Source: Mobula hypostoma
Lineage: Eukaryota
Assembly (NCBI RefSeq): GCF_963921235.1
Contig: NC_086101.1
Location: 2,234,001-2,298,000, forward strand
Direction: 5' to 3'
Length of the DNA stretch: 64,000 bases
Position numbers and translations under genes: made by a program. The notes beneath the pieces are model-generated. The model made no database searches, had not been told where the DNA came from, and saw only the letters and a program-made list of their open reading frames with translations. Positions 23,801 to 36,300 of the stretch are shown here, in pieces; positions within the stretch are counted from its first letter, which is position 1, and every line of letters begins with the position of its first letter.

Positions 23801-26800
23801 GAACACATGGGGGACCGAACCCTCTGGGGACCGAACACACAGGGGCCCGAACTCTCTGGGGACCGAACACACAGGGGCCTGAACCCTCTGGGGACCGAAC
23901 ACGTGGGGGACCGAACCCTCTGGAGACGGAACATACAGTGGCCCGAACTCTCTGGGGACGGACCACGCGGCGGACAGAACACACGGGGGACCGAACACAC
24001 AGGGGACCGAACACATGGGGGCCCGAACACTCTGGGGATGGAACACACAGGGGACCGAACCCTCTGGGGACCAAACTCTCTGGGGACCGAACACATGGGG
24101 GCCCGAACCCTCTGGGGACGGAACACACGGGGGACTGAACACACGAGGGATGGAACACACAGGGGACCGAACCCTCTGGGGACCGAACACACAGGGGCCC
24201 GAACCCTCTGGGGACCGAACACACGGGGGACCCGAACCCTCTGGGACCCGAACACACGGGGGCCCGAACCCTCTGGGGACGGAACACACAGGGGCTCGAA
24301 CCCTCTGGGGACCGAACACACAGGGGCCCAAACTCTCTGGGGACCGAACACACAGGGGCCCGAACCCTCTGGGGACCGAACACACGGGGGACCGAACCCT
24401 CTGGGCACGGACCACGCGGGGGACCGAACACATGGGGGACCGAACACACATGGGACTGAACACACAGGGGCCTGAACCCTCTGGTTACGGAACCCTCTGG
24501 GGACGGAACACACGGGGGACAGAACCCTCTGGGGACGGAACACACGGGGGACTGAACCCTCTGGGGACGGAACACACGGGGGACCGAACCCTCTGGGGAC
24601 AGAACACACAGGGGACCGAACCCTCTGGGGAGCGAACACACAGGGGCCCGAACCCTCTGGGGACCGAACACACAGGGGACCGAACCCTCTGGGGACCGAA
24701 CACACAGGGGACCGAACCCTCTGGGGACCGAACACACAGGGGCCCGAACCCTCTGGGGACCGAACACACGGGGGACCAAACCCTCTGGGACCCGAACACA
24801 CAGGGGCCCGAACACACAGGGGCCCGAACCCTCTGGGGACGGAACACACAGGGGACCGAACCCTCTGGGGACTGAACACACAGAGGACTGAACACACAGG
24901 GGACCGAACACATGGGAGCCCGAACCTTCTGGGGACCGAACACACAGGGGCCCGAACTCTCTGGGGACTGAACACACAGGGGCCTGAACCCTCTGGGGAT
25001 GGAACACACAGGGGACCGAACCCTCTGGGGACTGAACACACAGAGGACTGAACACGCAGGGGACCGAACACATGGGGGCCCGAACCCTCTGGGGACGGAA
25101 CACACAGGGTCCCAAACTCTCTGGAGACCGAACACACAGGGGCCCGAACCCTCTGGGGACCGAACACACGAGGGACCGAACCCTCTGGGCACGGAACACA
25201 CAGTGGCCCGAACTCTCTGGGGACGGACCACGCGGGGGACCGAACACACGGGGGACGGAACACACAGGGGACCGAACACACGGGGGCCTGAACCCTCTGG
25301 GGATGGAACACACGGGGGACCGAACTCTCTGGGGACGAAACACACGGGGAACCGAACCCTCTGGGGACGGAACACACATGGGACTGAACCCTCTGGGGAC
25401 CGAACACACAGGGGCCTGAACCCTCTGGGGACGGAACACACGGGGGACCGAACCCTCTGGGGACGGAACACACAGGGGACCAAACCCTCTGGGGACCGAA
25501 CACACAGGGGCCCGAACCCTCTGGGGACGGAACACACGGGGGACCGAACCCTCTGGGGACAGAACACACGGGGGACCGAACCCTCTGGGGACGGAACACA
25601 CAGGGGACCGAACCCTCTGGGGACCGAACACACAGGGGCCCGAACCCTCTGGGGACCGAACAGATGGGGGACCAAACCCTCTGGGACCCGAACACACGGG
25701 GGCCCGAACTCTCTGGGGACCGAACACACAGGGGCCTGAACCCTCTGAGGACCGAACACATGGGGGACCGAACCCTCTGGGGATGGAACACATGGGGGAC
25801 TGAACACACGAGGGATGGAACACACAGGGGACCGAACCCTCTGGGGACCGAACACACAGGGGCCCGAACCCTCTGGGGACCGAACACACGGGGGACCCGA
25901 ACCCTCTGGGACCCGAACACACGGAGGCCCGAACAGTCTGGGGACGGAACACACAGGGGCCCAAACTCTCTGGGGACCGAACACACAGGGGCCCGAACCC
26001 TCTGGGGACCGAACACACGGGGGACCGAACCCTCTGGGCACGGAACACACAGTGGCCCGAACTCTCTGGGGACGGACCACGCGGGGGACCGAACACACGG
26101 GGGACCGAACACACAGGGGACCGAACACACGGGGGCCTGAACCCTCTGGGGATGGAACACACGGGGGACCGAACACTCTGGGGACCGAACACACGGGGGA
26201 CCGAACCCTCTGGGGACCGAACACACGGGGGCCCGAACCCTCTGGGGACGGAACACACGGGGGACCGAACCCTCTGGGGACGGAACACACGGGGGACCGA
26301 ACCCTCTGGGGACCACTCGGGGGACCAAACACACGGGGGCCTGAACCCTCTGGGGATGGAACACACGGGGGACCGAACTCTCTGGGCACAGAACACACGG
26401 GGAACCGAACCCTCTGGGGACGGAACACACATGGGACCGAACCCTCTGGGGACCGAACACATGGGGGCCCGAACTCTCTGGGGACGGAACACACGGGGGA
26501 CCGAACCCTCTGGGGACGGAACACACAGGGGACCGAACCCTCTGGGGACCGAACACACAGGGGACCGAACCCTCTGGGGACCCAACACACGGGGGACCGA
26601 ACCCTCTGGGGACGGAACACACAGGGGACCGAACCCTACACAGGGGACCGAACCCTCTGGGGACGGAACACACGGGGGACCGAACCCTCTGGGGACCGAA
26701 CACACAGGGGACCGAACCCTCTGGGGACCGAACACACAGGGGACCGAACCCTCTGGGGACCGAACACACAGGGGCCCGAACCCTCTGGGGACGGAACACA

Positions 26801-29800
26801 CGGGGGACCGAACCCTCTGGGGACGGAACACACAGGGGACCGAACCCTCTGGGGACCGAACACACAGGGGCCCGAACCCTCTGGGGACCGAACACACGGG
26901 GGACCGAACCCTCTGGGACCCGAACACACGGGGGCCCGAACTCTCTGGGGACGGAACACACAGGGGCCCAAACTCTCTGGGGGGAACACACAGGGGCCCG
27001 AACCCTCTGGGGACCGAACACACGGGGGACCGAACACATGGGGGACCGAACACACAGGGGACCGACTCTGGGGATGGAACACACACGGGGGCCCGAACTC
27101 TCTGGGGACGGAACACACGGGGGACCGAACCCTCTGGGGACGGAACACACGGGGAACCGAAACGGAACACTGGGGACCGAACACACGGGGGGCCGAACCC
27201 TCTGGGGACGGAACACACGGGGGACCGAACCCTCTGGGGACCGAACACATGGGGGCCCGAACCCTCTGGGGACGGAACACACGGGGGACCGAACCCTCTG
27301 GGACGGAACACACGGGGGGAACCGAACCCTCTGGGGACCGAACACACGGGGGACCGAACCCTCTGGGGACGGAACACACATGGGACCGAACCCTCTGGGG
27401 ACCGAACACATGGGGGCCCGAACTCTCTGGGGACGGAACACACGGGGGACCGAACCCTCTGGGGACGGAACACACGGGGGACCGAACACTCTGGGGACCG
27501 AACACACGGGGGACCGAACCCTCTGGGGACGGAACACACATGGGACCGAACCCTCTGGGGACCGAACACATGGGGGCCCGAACTCTCTGGGGACGGAACA
27601 CACGGGGGACCGAACCCTCTGGGGACAGAACACACGGGGGACCGTACACTGTGGGGACCGAACCCTCTGGGGACCGAACACACAGGGGCCTGAACCCTCT
27701 GGGGCCCAAACACACAGGGGCCCGAACCCTCTGGAGATCGAACACACAGGGGACCGAACACACGGGGGCCCGAACCCTCTGGCGACCGAACACACAGGGG
27801 ACTGAACACACAGGGGCCTGAACCCTCTGGTTACCGAACCCTCTGGGGACGGAACACACAGGGGACCAAACCCTCTGGGGACAGAACACACGGGGAACCG
27901 AACCCTCTGGGGACGGAACACACGGGGGACCGAACCCTCTGGGGACCGAACACATGGGGGACCGAACCCTCTGGGGACCGAACACACAGGGGCCTGAACC
28001 CTCTGGGGCCCAAACACACAGGGGCCCGAACCCTCTGGAGATCGAACACACAGGGGAACCGAACACACGGGGGCCCGAACCCTCTGGCGACCGAACACAC
28101 AGGGGACTGAATACACAGGGGCCTGAACCCTCTGGGTACCGAACCCTCTGGGGACGGAGCACACAGGGGACCGAACACACGGGGAATGGAACACACAGGG
28201 GCCCGAACCCTCTGGGGACCGAACACATGGGGGACCAAACCCTCTGGGACCCGAACACACGGGGGCCCGAACCCTCTGGGGACGGAACACAGAGGGGACC
28301 GAACCCTCTGGGGACCGAACACACAGGGGCCCGAACCCTCTGGGGACCGAACACATGGGGGACCAAACCCTCTGGGACCCGAACACACGGGGGCCCGAAC
28401 CCTCTGGGGACGGAACACACAGGGGACCGAACCCTCTGGGGACTGAACACACAGAGGACTGAACACACAGGGGACCGAACACATGGGAGCCCGAACCTTC
28501 TGGGGACCGAACACACAGGGGCCCGAACTCTCTGGGGACCGAACACACAGGGGCCTGAACCCTCTGAGGACCGAACACATGGGGGACCGAACCCTCTGGG
28601 GACGGAACATACAGTGGCCCGAACTCTCTGGGGACGGACCACACGGGGGACCGAACACACGGGGGACCGAACACACAGGGGACCGAACACATGGGGGTCC
28701 GAACACTCTGGGGATGGAACACACGGGGGACCAAACCCTCTGGGGATGGAACACACAGGGGACCGAACCCTCTGGGGACCAAACTCTCTGGGGACCGAAC
28801 ACATGGGGACCGAACCCTCTGGGGACCGAACACACGGGGGACCGAACCCTCTGGGCACGGAACACACAGTGGCCCGAACTCTCTGGGGACGGACCACGTG
28901 GGGGACCGAACACAGGGGGGACCGAACACACAGGGGACCGAACACACGGGGGCCTGAACCCTCTGGGGATGGAACACACGGGGGACCGAACCCTCTGGGG
29001 ACTGAACACACAGAGGACTGAACACACAGGGGACCGAACACATGGGAGCCCGAACCTTCTGGGGACCGAACACACAGGGGCCCGAACTCTCTGGGGACCG
29101 AACACACAGGGGCCTGAACCCTCTGAGGACCGAACACATGGGGGATCGAACCCTCTGGGGACGGAACATACAGTGGCCCGAACTCTCTGGGGACGGACCA
29201 CACGGGGGACCGAACACACGGGGGACCGAACACACAGGGGACCGAACACATGGGGGTCCGAACACTCTGGGGATGGAACACACGGGGGACCAAACCCTCT
29301 GGGGATGGAACACACAGGGGACCGAACCCTCTGGGGACCAAACTCTCTGGGGACCGAACACATGGGGACCGAACCCTCTGGGGACCGAACACACGGGGGA
29401 CCGAACCCTCTGGGCACGGAACACACAGTGGCCCGAACTCTCTGGGGACGGACCACGTGGGGGACCGAACACAGGGGGGACCGAACACACAGGGGACCGA
29501 ACACACGGGGGCCTGAACCCTCTGGGGATGGAACACACGGGGGACCGAACTCTCTGGGCACGGAACACACGAGGAACCGAACCCTCTGGGGACGGAACAC
29601 ACATGGGACCGAACCCTCTGGGGACCGAACACATGGGGGCCCGAACTCTCTGGGGACGGAACACACGGGGGACCGAACTCTCTGGGGACGGAACACACAT
29701 GGGACCGAACCCTCTGGGGACGGAACACACATGGGACCGAACCCTCTGTGGACCGAACACATGGGGGCCCGAACTCTCTGGGGACGGAACACACGGGGGA

Positions 29801-31785
29801 CCGAACTCTCTGGGCACGGAACACACGGGGGACCGAACTCTCTGGGCACGGAACACACGGGGGACCGAACCCTCTGGGGACCGAACACACAGGGGCCTGA
29901 ACCTTCTGGGGCCCAAACACACAGGGGCCCGAACCCTCTGGAGATCGAACACACAGGGGACCGAACACACGGGGGCCCGAACCCTCTGGCGACCGAACAC
30001 ACAGGGGACTGAACACACAGGGGCCTGAACCCTCTGGTTACCGAACCCTCTGGGGACGGAACACACAGGGGACCAAACCCTCTGGGGACAGAACACACGG
30101 GGAACCGAACCCACTGGGGACGCAACACACGGGGGACCGAACTCTCTGGGGACCGAACACACGGGGGACCGAAACCTCTGGCGACCGAACACACAGGGGC
30201 CTGAACCCTCTGGGGCCCAAACATACAGGGGCCCGAACCCTCTGGGGACCGAACACACGGGGACCGAACACACAGGGGACCGAACACACGGGGGCCTGAA
30301 CCCTCTGGGGATGGAACACACGGGGGACCGAACCCTCTGGGGACGGAACACACAGGGGACCGAACCCTCTGGGGACCGAACACACGGGGGACTGAACCCT
30401 CTGGGGACGGAACACACGGGGGACTGAACCCTCTGGGGACGGAACACACGGGGGACCGAACCCTCTGGGGACAGAACACACGGGGGACTGAATACTGTGG
30501 GGACGGAACACACAGGGGACCGAACCCTCTGGGGACGGAACACACGGGGGACTGAACCCTCTGGGGACGGAACACACAGGGGACCGAACCCTCTGGGGAC
30601 CGAACACAGAGGGGACTGAACACACAGGGGCCCGAACCCTCTGGGGACCGAACACACAGGGGCCCAAACCCTCTGGGGACGGAACACATGGGGGACTGAA
30701 CCCTCTGGGGACGGAACGCAGGGGGGACCGAACACACAGGGGACCGAACACACAGGGGCCCGAACCCTCTGGGGCCCAAACACACAGGGGCCTGAACCCT
30801 CTGGGGCCCAAACACACAGGGGCCCGAACCCTCTGGAGATCGAACACACAGGGGACCGAACACACAGGGGCCTGAACCCTCTGGGTACCTAACCCTCTGG
30901 GGACGGAACACACAGGGGACCAAACCCTCTGGGGACGAAACACACGGGGGACCGAACCCTCTGGGGACAGAACACACAGGGTACCGGACCCTCTGGGGAT
31001 GGAACACACAGGGGACCAGACTCTCTGGGGACAGAACACACAGGGGACCGAATCCTCTGGGGACCGAACACACAGGGGCCCGAACCCTCTGGGGACGGAA
31101 CACACGGGGGACCGAACCCTCTGGGGACAGAACACACGGGGGACCGAACCCTCTGGGGATGGAACACAGAGGGGACCGAACCCTCTGGAGATCGAACACA
31201 CAGGGGACCGAACACACAGGGGACTGAACACACAGGGGCCTGAACCCTCTGGGTACCGAACCCTCTGGGGACGGAACACACAGGGGACCAAACCCTCTGG
31301 GGACAGAACACACGGGGAACCGAACCCTCTGGGGGCGGAACACACGGGGGACCGAACTCTCTGGGGACCGAACACACAGGGGCCTGAACCCTCTGGGGCC
31401 CAAACATACAGGGGCCAGAACCCTCTGGGGACGGAACACACAGGGGACCGAACCCTCTGGAGATCGAACACACAGGGGACCGAACACACGGGGGCCCGAA
31501 CCCTCTGGCGACCGAACCCTCTGGGGACGGAACACACAGGGGACTAAACCCTCTGGGGACAGAACACACGGGGGCCCTAACCCTCTGGGGCCTGAACACA
31601 TGGGGGACCGAACACACAGGGGCCCGAACCCTCTGGGGACCGAACGCACGGGGGACTGAACCCTCTGGGGACCGAACACACGGGGGACCGAACACACAGG
31701 GGACCGAACCCTCTGGGGATGGAACAGACGGGGAACCGAACCCTCTGGGGACCGAACTCTCTGGGGACGGAACAGACGGGGGACT
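8835..31785. repeat. Intronic minisatellite 1 (~23 kb): 16-bp monomers GGGGACCGAAC+CCTCT (A) or GGGGACCGAAC+ACACR (B), mostly alternating as a 32-bp dimer
   Basis: Read directly. About 1,400 monomers (length/16). Edges are degenerate near 8760-8850 and 31720-31785. Confidence 0.98.
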
Positions 31786-31891
31786 CGATGCCCTTGCGAC
31801 TCCCCATTTTTAAACATCTTATTGAGACCACCTTCAGTCGCAATACTTGGGGACCCAGTATGAATCCCCACCCCTCACCTCTGTGACTCAC

Positions 31892-32010
31892 CACGGGCTT
31901 GCGAGGCTTCAGTTTGCACAGCTGGGTGAGGGCGAGGATCAGGGTCGGGGTGACGTACTTGCTGAGAAAATCCTCGGCCGCTTGACCACTCGGGAACGGC
32001 TCCATTGTGG
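31892..32010 (-). CDS. NME5: NME5 penultimate coding exon (119 nt; Dpy-30 motif): (T)TMEPFPSGQAAEDFLSKYVTPTLILALTQLCKLKPRKPV
   Basis: Acceptor ...cgacccacAG (32012-32011) and donor GTGAGT (31891-31886). Phase 1 in, phase 0 out. It aligns with the human NME5 segment recalled as EPIPIGQAAKDYL...PTLLEGLTELCKQKPADP. Confidence 0.93.
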
Positions 32011-32094
32011 CTGTGGGTCGTGAGAGTGTAGGGTCACTGCCAGTCGCTCCCCACCCCGCCTGTCCCAAAGCACTTCCTCCAGTCCACTCCCTCC

Positions 32095-33190
32095 CCAGTA
32101 ATCCCAGACCTCCTCACCCCACCCATCCCATCCCCTCCCACCCTCATCCTCTCCCTCATCCCAGACCTCCTCACCCCACCCATCCCATCCCACCTCACCC
32201 CACCCATCCCATCCCATCCCACCCTCATCCTCTCCCTCATCCCAGACCTCCTCACCCATCCCAGACCTCCTCACCCCACCTGTCCCATTTCATCCCACCC
32301 TCATCCTCTCCCTCATCCCAGACCTCCTCACCCATCCCAGACCTCCTCACCCCACCCATCCCATCCCACCCTCTTCCTCTCCCTACCCATCCCATCCCAT
32401 CCCACCCTCTTCCTCTCCCTCATCCCAGACCTCCTCACCCATCCCAGACCTCCTCACCCCACCCATCCACATCCCACCCTCATCCTCTCCCTCATCCTCT
32501 CCCTCATCCTCTCCCTCATCCCAGACCTCCTCACCCATCCCAGACCTCCTCACCCCACCCATCCCATCCCACCCTCGACCTCTCCCTCATTTCAGACCTC
32601 CTCACCCCTCCCATCCCATCCCACCCTCATCCTCTCCCTCATCCCAGACCTCCTCACCCCACCCATCCCATCCCATCCCATCCCACCCTCATCCTCTCCC
32701 TCATCCCAGACCTCCTCACCCATCCTAGACCTCCCCACCCCTCCCATCCCATCCCACCCTCATCCTCTCCCTCATCCCAGACCTCCCCACCTATCCCAGA
32801 CCTCCCCACCCCTCCCATCCCATTTCATCCCACCCTCATCCTCTCCCTCATCCTCTCCCTCATCCCAGACCTCCTCACCTATCCCAGACCTCCCCACCCC
32901 TCCCATCCCATTTCATCCCACCCTCATCCTCTCCCTCATCCCAGACCTCCTCACCCATCCCAGACCTCCTCACCCCACCCATCCCATCCCACCCTCGACC
33001 TCTCCCTCACTTCAGACCTCCTCACCCCTCCCATCCCATCACACCCTGTCCTTTTCCTCATCCCAAACCCTCCTCACCCCTTCCATCCCATGTGCTCTGC
33101 TCTCATCCCAAACCCTCCTCACCACTCCTGTCCCATCCCACCCCGTTCTCTCCCTCCCTCCAGATGTCCTCACCCCTCCCGTCCCATCCC
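32095..33190. repeat. Intronic C-rich tandem repeat (~50-57-bp composite unit CATCCCAGACCTCCTCACCC + CACCCATCCCATCC + CACCCTCATCCTCTCCCT)
   Basis: Read directly. It fills about 90% of the 1.2-kb intron 32011-33211 and degenerates towards 33190. Confidence 0.92.
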
Positions 33191-33211
33191 CTCCTGCCTC
33201 AGGCTCCTCAC

Positions 33212-33312
33212 TGTTGGGGAAGAAGAAAGTGATTTCTCTCTCAGCCGCGGAGAAGCAGTCACTGCCGTGGAGCCCGTTCCGGATCCGATCCGTCCCGTAA
33301 ATGGCCCTCAGA
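33212..33312 (-). CDS. NME5: NME5 internal exon (101 nt; end of the NDPK domain with the active-site His): (S)LRAIYGTDRIRNGLHGSDCFSAAEREITFFFPN(T)
   Basis: Acceptor ...ctccacccacAG (33314-33313) and donor GTGAGG (33211-33206). Phase 2 in, phase 1 out; A+CC gives ACC with the next exon. It carries the NDPK signature N-x-x-H-G-S-D...EI.FF. Confidence 0.94.
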
Positions 33313-33364
33313 CTGTGGGTGGAGTAAGCACACATAACCTCCGGAAAGCCCCACTGACCCAGTG

Positions 33365-36300
33365 TGCGTACACCCCTCCGCTCCCCTCCACTCGCCTCCC
33401 CATCCCAATGTCCGTACACCCCTCCCTTCCCCTCCCCATCCCAATGTCCGTACACCCCTCCCCTCCCCGCCCCATCCCAATGTCCGTACACCCCTTCCAA
33501 TCCCCATCCCCATCCCTATCCCAATGCCCGTACACCTCTCCCAATCCCCATCCCAATGTCCGTACACCCATCCCCATTCCCATCCCCATCCCAATCCCAA
33601 TGTCTGTACACACCTCCCCCCCTCCCCATCCCAATGTCTGTACACCCCTCCCCTCCCCTCCCCATCCCAATGTCCGTACACCCCTCCCCTCCCCTCCCCA
33701 TCCCAATGTCCGTACACCCCTCCCAATCCCCATCCCCATCCCTATCCCAATGTCTGTACACCCCTCCCCATCCCCACCCCAATGTCTGTACACCCCTCCC
33801 CATCCCCATCCCCATCCCCACCCCAATGTCCGGACACCCCTCACCATCCCCATCCCAATGTCTGTACACACCTCCCCATCCCCATCCCCACACCAATGTC
33901 TGTACACCCCTCCCCATCCCAATGTCTGTACACCCCTCCCAATCCCCATCCCCATCCCCATTCCCATCCCAATGTCTGTACACCCCTCCCAATCACCAAC
34001 CCCATCCCAATGTCTCTACACCCTTCCCCATCCCCATCCCCATCCCAATGTCTGTACACCCCACTCCATCCCCATCCCCATCCCAATGTCCGTACACCCC
34101 TCTCCATCCCCATCCCCATCCCAATGTCTGTCCACACTTCCCATCCCCAATCCCCACCCCAATGTCTGTACACCCCTCCCAATCCCCATCCCCATCCCAA
34201 TGTCTGTACACCCCTCCCCATCCCCATCCCCATCCCAATGTCTGTACACCCCTCCTCATCCCCATCCCCACCCCAATGACTGTACATCCCTTCCCAACCC
34301 CATCCCCACCCCAATGTCTGTACACCCCTCACCATCCCCATCACAATGTCTGTAGACGCCTCCCCATCCCCATCCCCATCCTCATCCCCATCTCAATGTC
34401 TGTACACCCCTCCTCATCCCCATCCCAATGTCTGTACACCCTTCCTCATCCCCATCCCCACCCCAATGACTGTACACCCCTCCCCAACCCCATCACCATC
34501 CAAATGTCTGTACACCCCTCCTCATCCCCATCCCCACCCCAATGTCTGTACACCCCTCCCCAACCCTATCCCCATCACAATGTCCGTACACCCCTCCCCA
34601 TCCACATCACAATGTCCATACACCCCTCCCCATCCCCATCCGCACCTCAATGTCTGTAAACCCCTCCTCATCCCCATCCCAATGTCTGTACACCCCACCC
34701 AGTCCCCATCCCAATGTCTGTACATTCCTCCCCATCCCCATCCCCATCACAATGTCTGTACACCCCTCCCCATCCCAATCCCAATGTCTGTACACCCCTC
34801 CCCTCCCCTCCCCATCCCAATGTCTGTACAGCCCTCCCCATCCCCATCCCCATCCCCACCCCAATGTCTGTACACCCATCACCATCCCCATCCCCACCCA
34901 AATGTCTGTACACCCCTCCCCATCCCAATGTCTGTACACCCCTCCCCATCCCCATCCCCATCCCCATCCCCATCCTCATTCCAATGTCTGTACACCCCTC
35001 CTCATCCCCATCCCCACCCCAATGTCTGTACACCCCTCCCCAACCCACCCCAATATCTGTACACCCCTCCCCTCCCCTCCCCATCCCAATGTCTGTACAG
35101 CCCTCCCCATCCCCATCCCCATCCCCACCCCAATGTCTGTACACCCATCACCATCCCCATCCCCACCCCAATGTCTGTACACCCCTCCCCATCCCAATGT
35201 CTGTACACCCCTCCCCATCCCCATCCCCATCCTCATTCCAATGTCTGTACACCCCTCCTCATCCCCATCCCCACCCCAATGTCTGTACACCCCTCCCCAT
35301 CCCCATCCCAATGTCTGTACACCCCTCACCATCCCCACCCCAATGTCTGTACACCCCTCCCCATCCCCATCCCAATGTCTGTACACCCCTCCTCATCCCC
35401 ATCCCAATGTCTGTACACCCCTCCTCTCCCCATCCCCACCCCAATGACTGTACACCCCTCCCCATCCCCATCCCCATCACAATGTCTGTACACCCCTCCC
35501 CATCCCAATCCCAATGTCTGTACACCCCTACCCTCCCCATCCCAATGTCTGTACAGCCCTCCCCATCCCCATCCCCATCCCCACCCCAATGTCTGTACAC
35601 CCATCACCATCCCCATCCCCACCCCACTGTCTGTACACCACTCCCCATCCCAATGTCTGTACACCCCTCCCCATCCGCATCCCCATCCCCATTCCAATGT
35701 CTGTACACCCCTCCTCATCCCCATCCCCACCCCAATGTCTGTACACCCCTCACCATCCTCATCCCAATGACTGTACACCCCTCCTCATCCCCATCCCCAC
35801 CCCAATGACTGTACACCCCTCCCCAACCCCATCCCCACCCCAATGTCTGTACACCCCTCCCCATCCCCATCCCAATGTCTGTACACCCCTCCTCATCCCC
35901 ATCCCCACCCCAATGACTGTACACCCCTCCCCAACCCCATCCCCATCACAATGTCCGTACACCCCTCCCCATCCCAATGTCTGTACACCCCACCCAATCC
36001 CCATCCCAATGTATGTACACCCCTCGCCATCCCCATCCCCATCACAATGTCTGTACACCCCTCCCCATCCCCACCCCAATGACTGTACACCCCTCCCCAA
36101 CCCCATCCCCATCCAAATATCTGTACACCCCTCCCCATCCCCATCCCCACCCCAATGTCCGTACATCCCTCCCAATCCCCATTCCCATCCCAATGTCTGT
36201 ACACCCCTCACCATCCCCATCCCCACCCCAATGCCTGTACACCCCTCCCCAACCCCATCCCCATCCAAATGTCTGTACACCCCTCCTCATCCCCATCACG

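Noticed and set aside
8669..31871. Giant minus-strand ORFs (up to 7350 aa, CSVPRGFGP repeats) and + strand GTEHTG/GPNPL ORFs
   Set aside because: The consensus repeat has no stop in any minus frame and its CpG variants create TGA only on the + strand. All three frames are open with the same cycling peptide, so no coding selection is needed. The region lies inside an NME5 intron.
31577..33500. ORFs 31577-32068 and 33039-33500 as standalone genes
   Set aside because: Only the splice-bounded 119-nt and 101-nt parts match NME5. The rest is intronic read-through.
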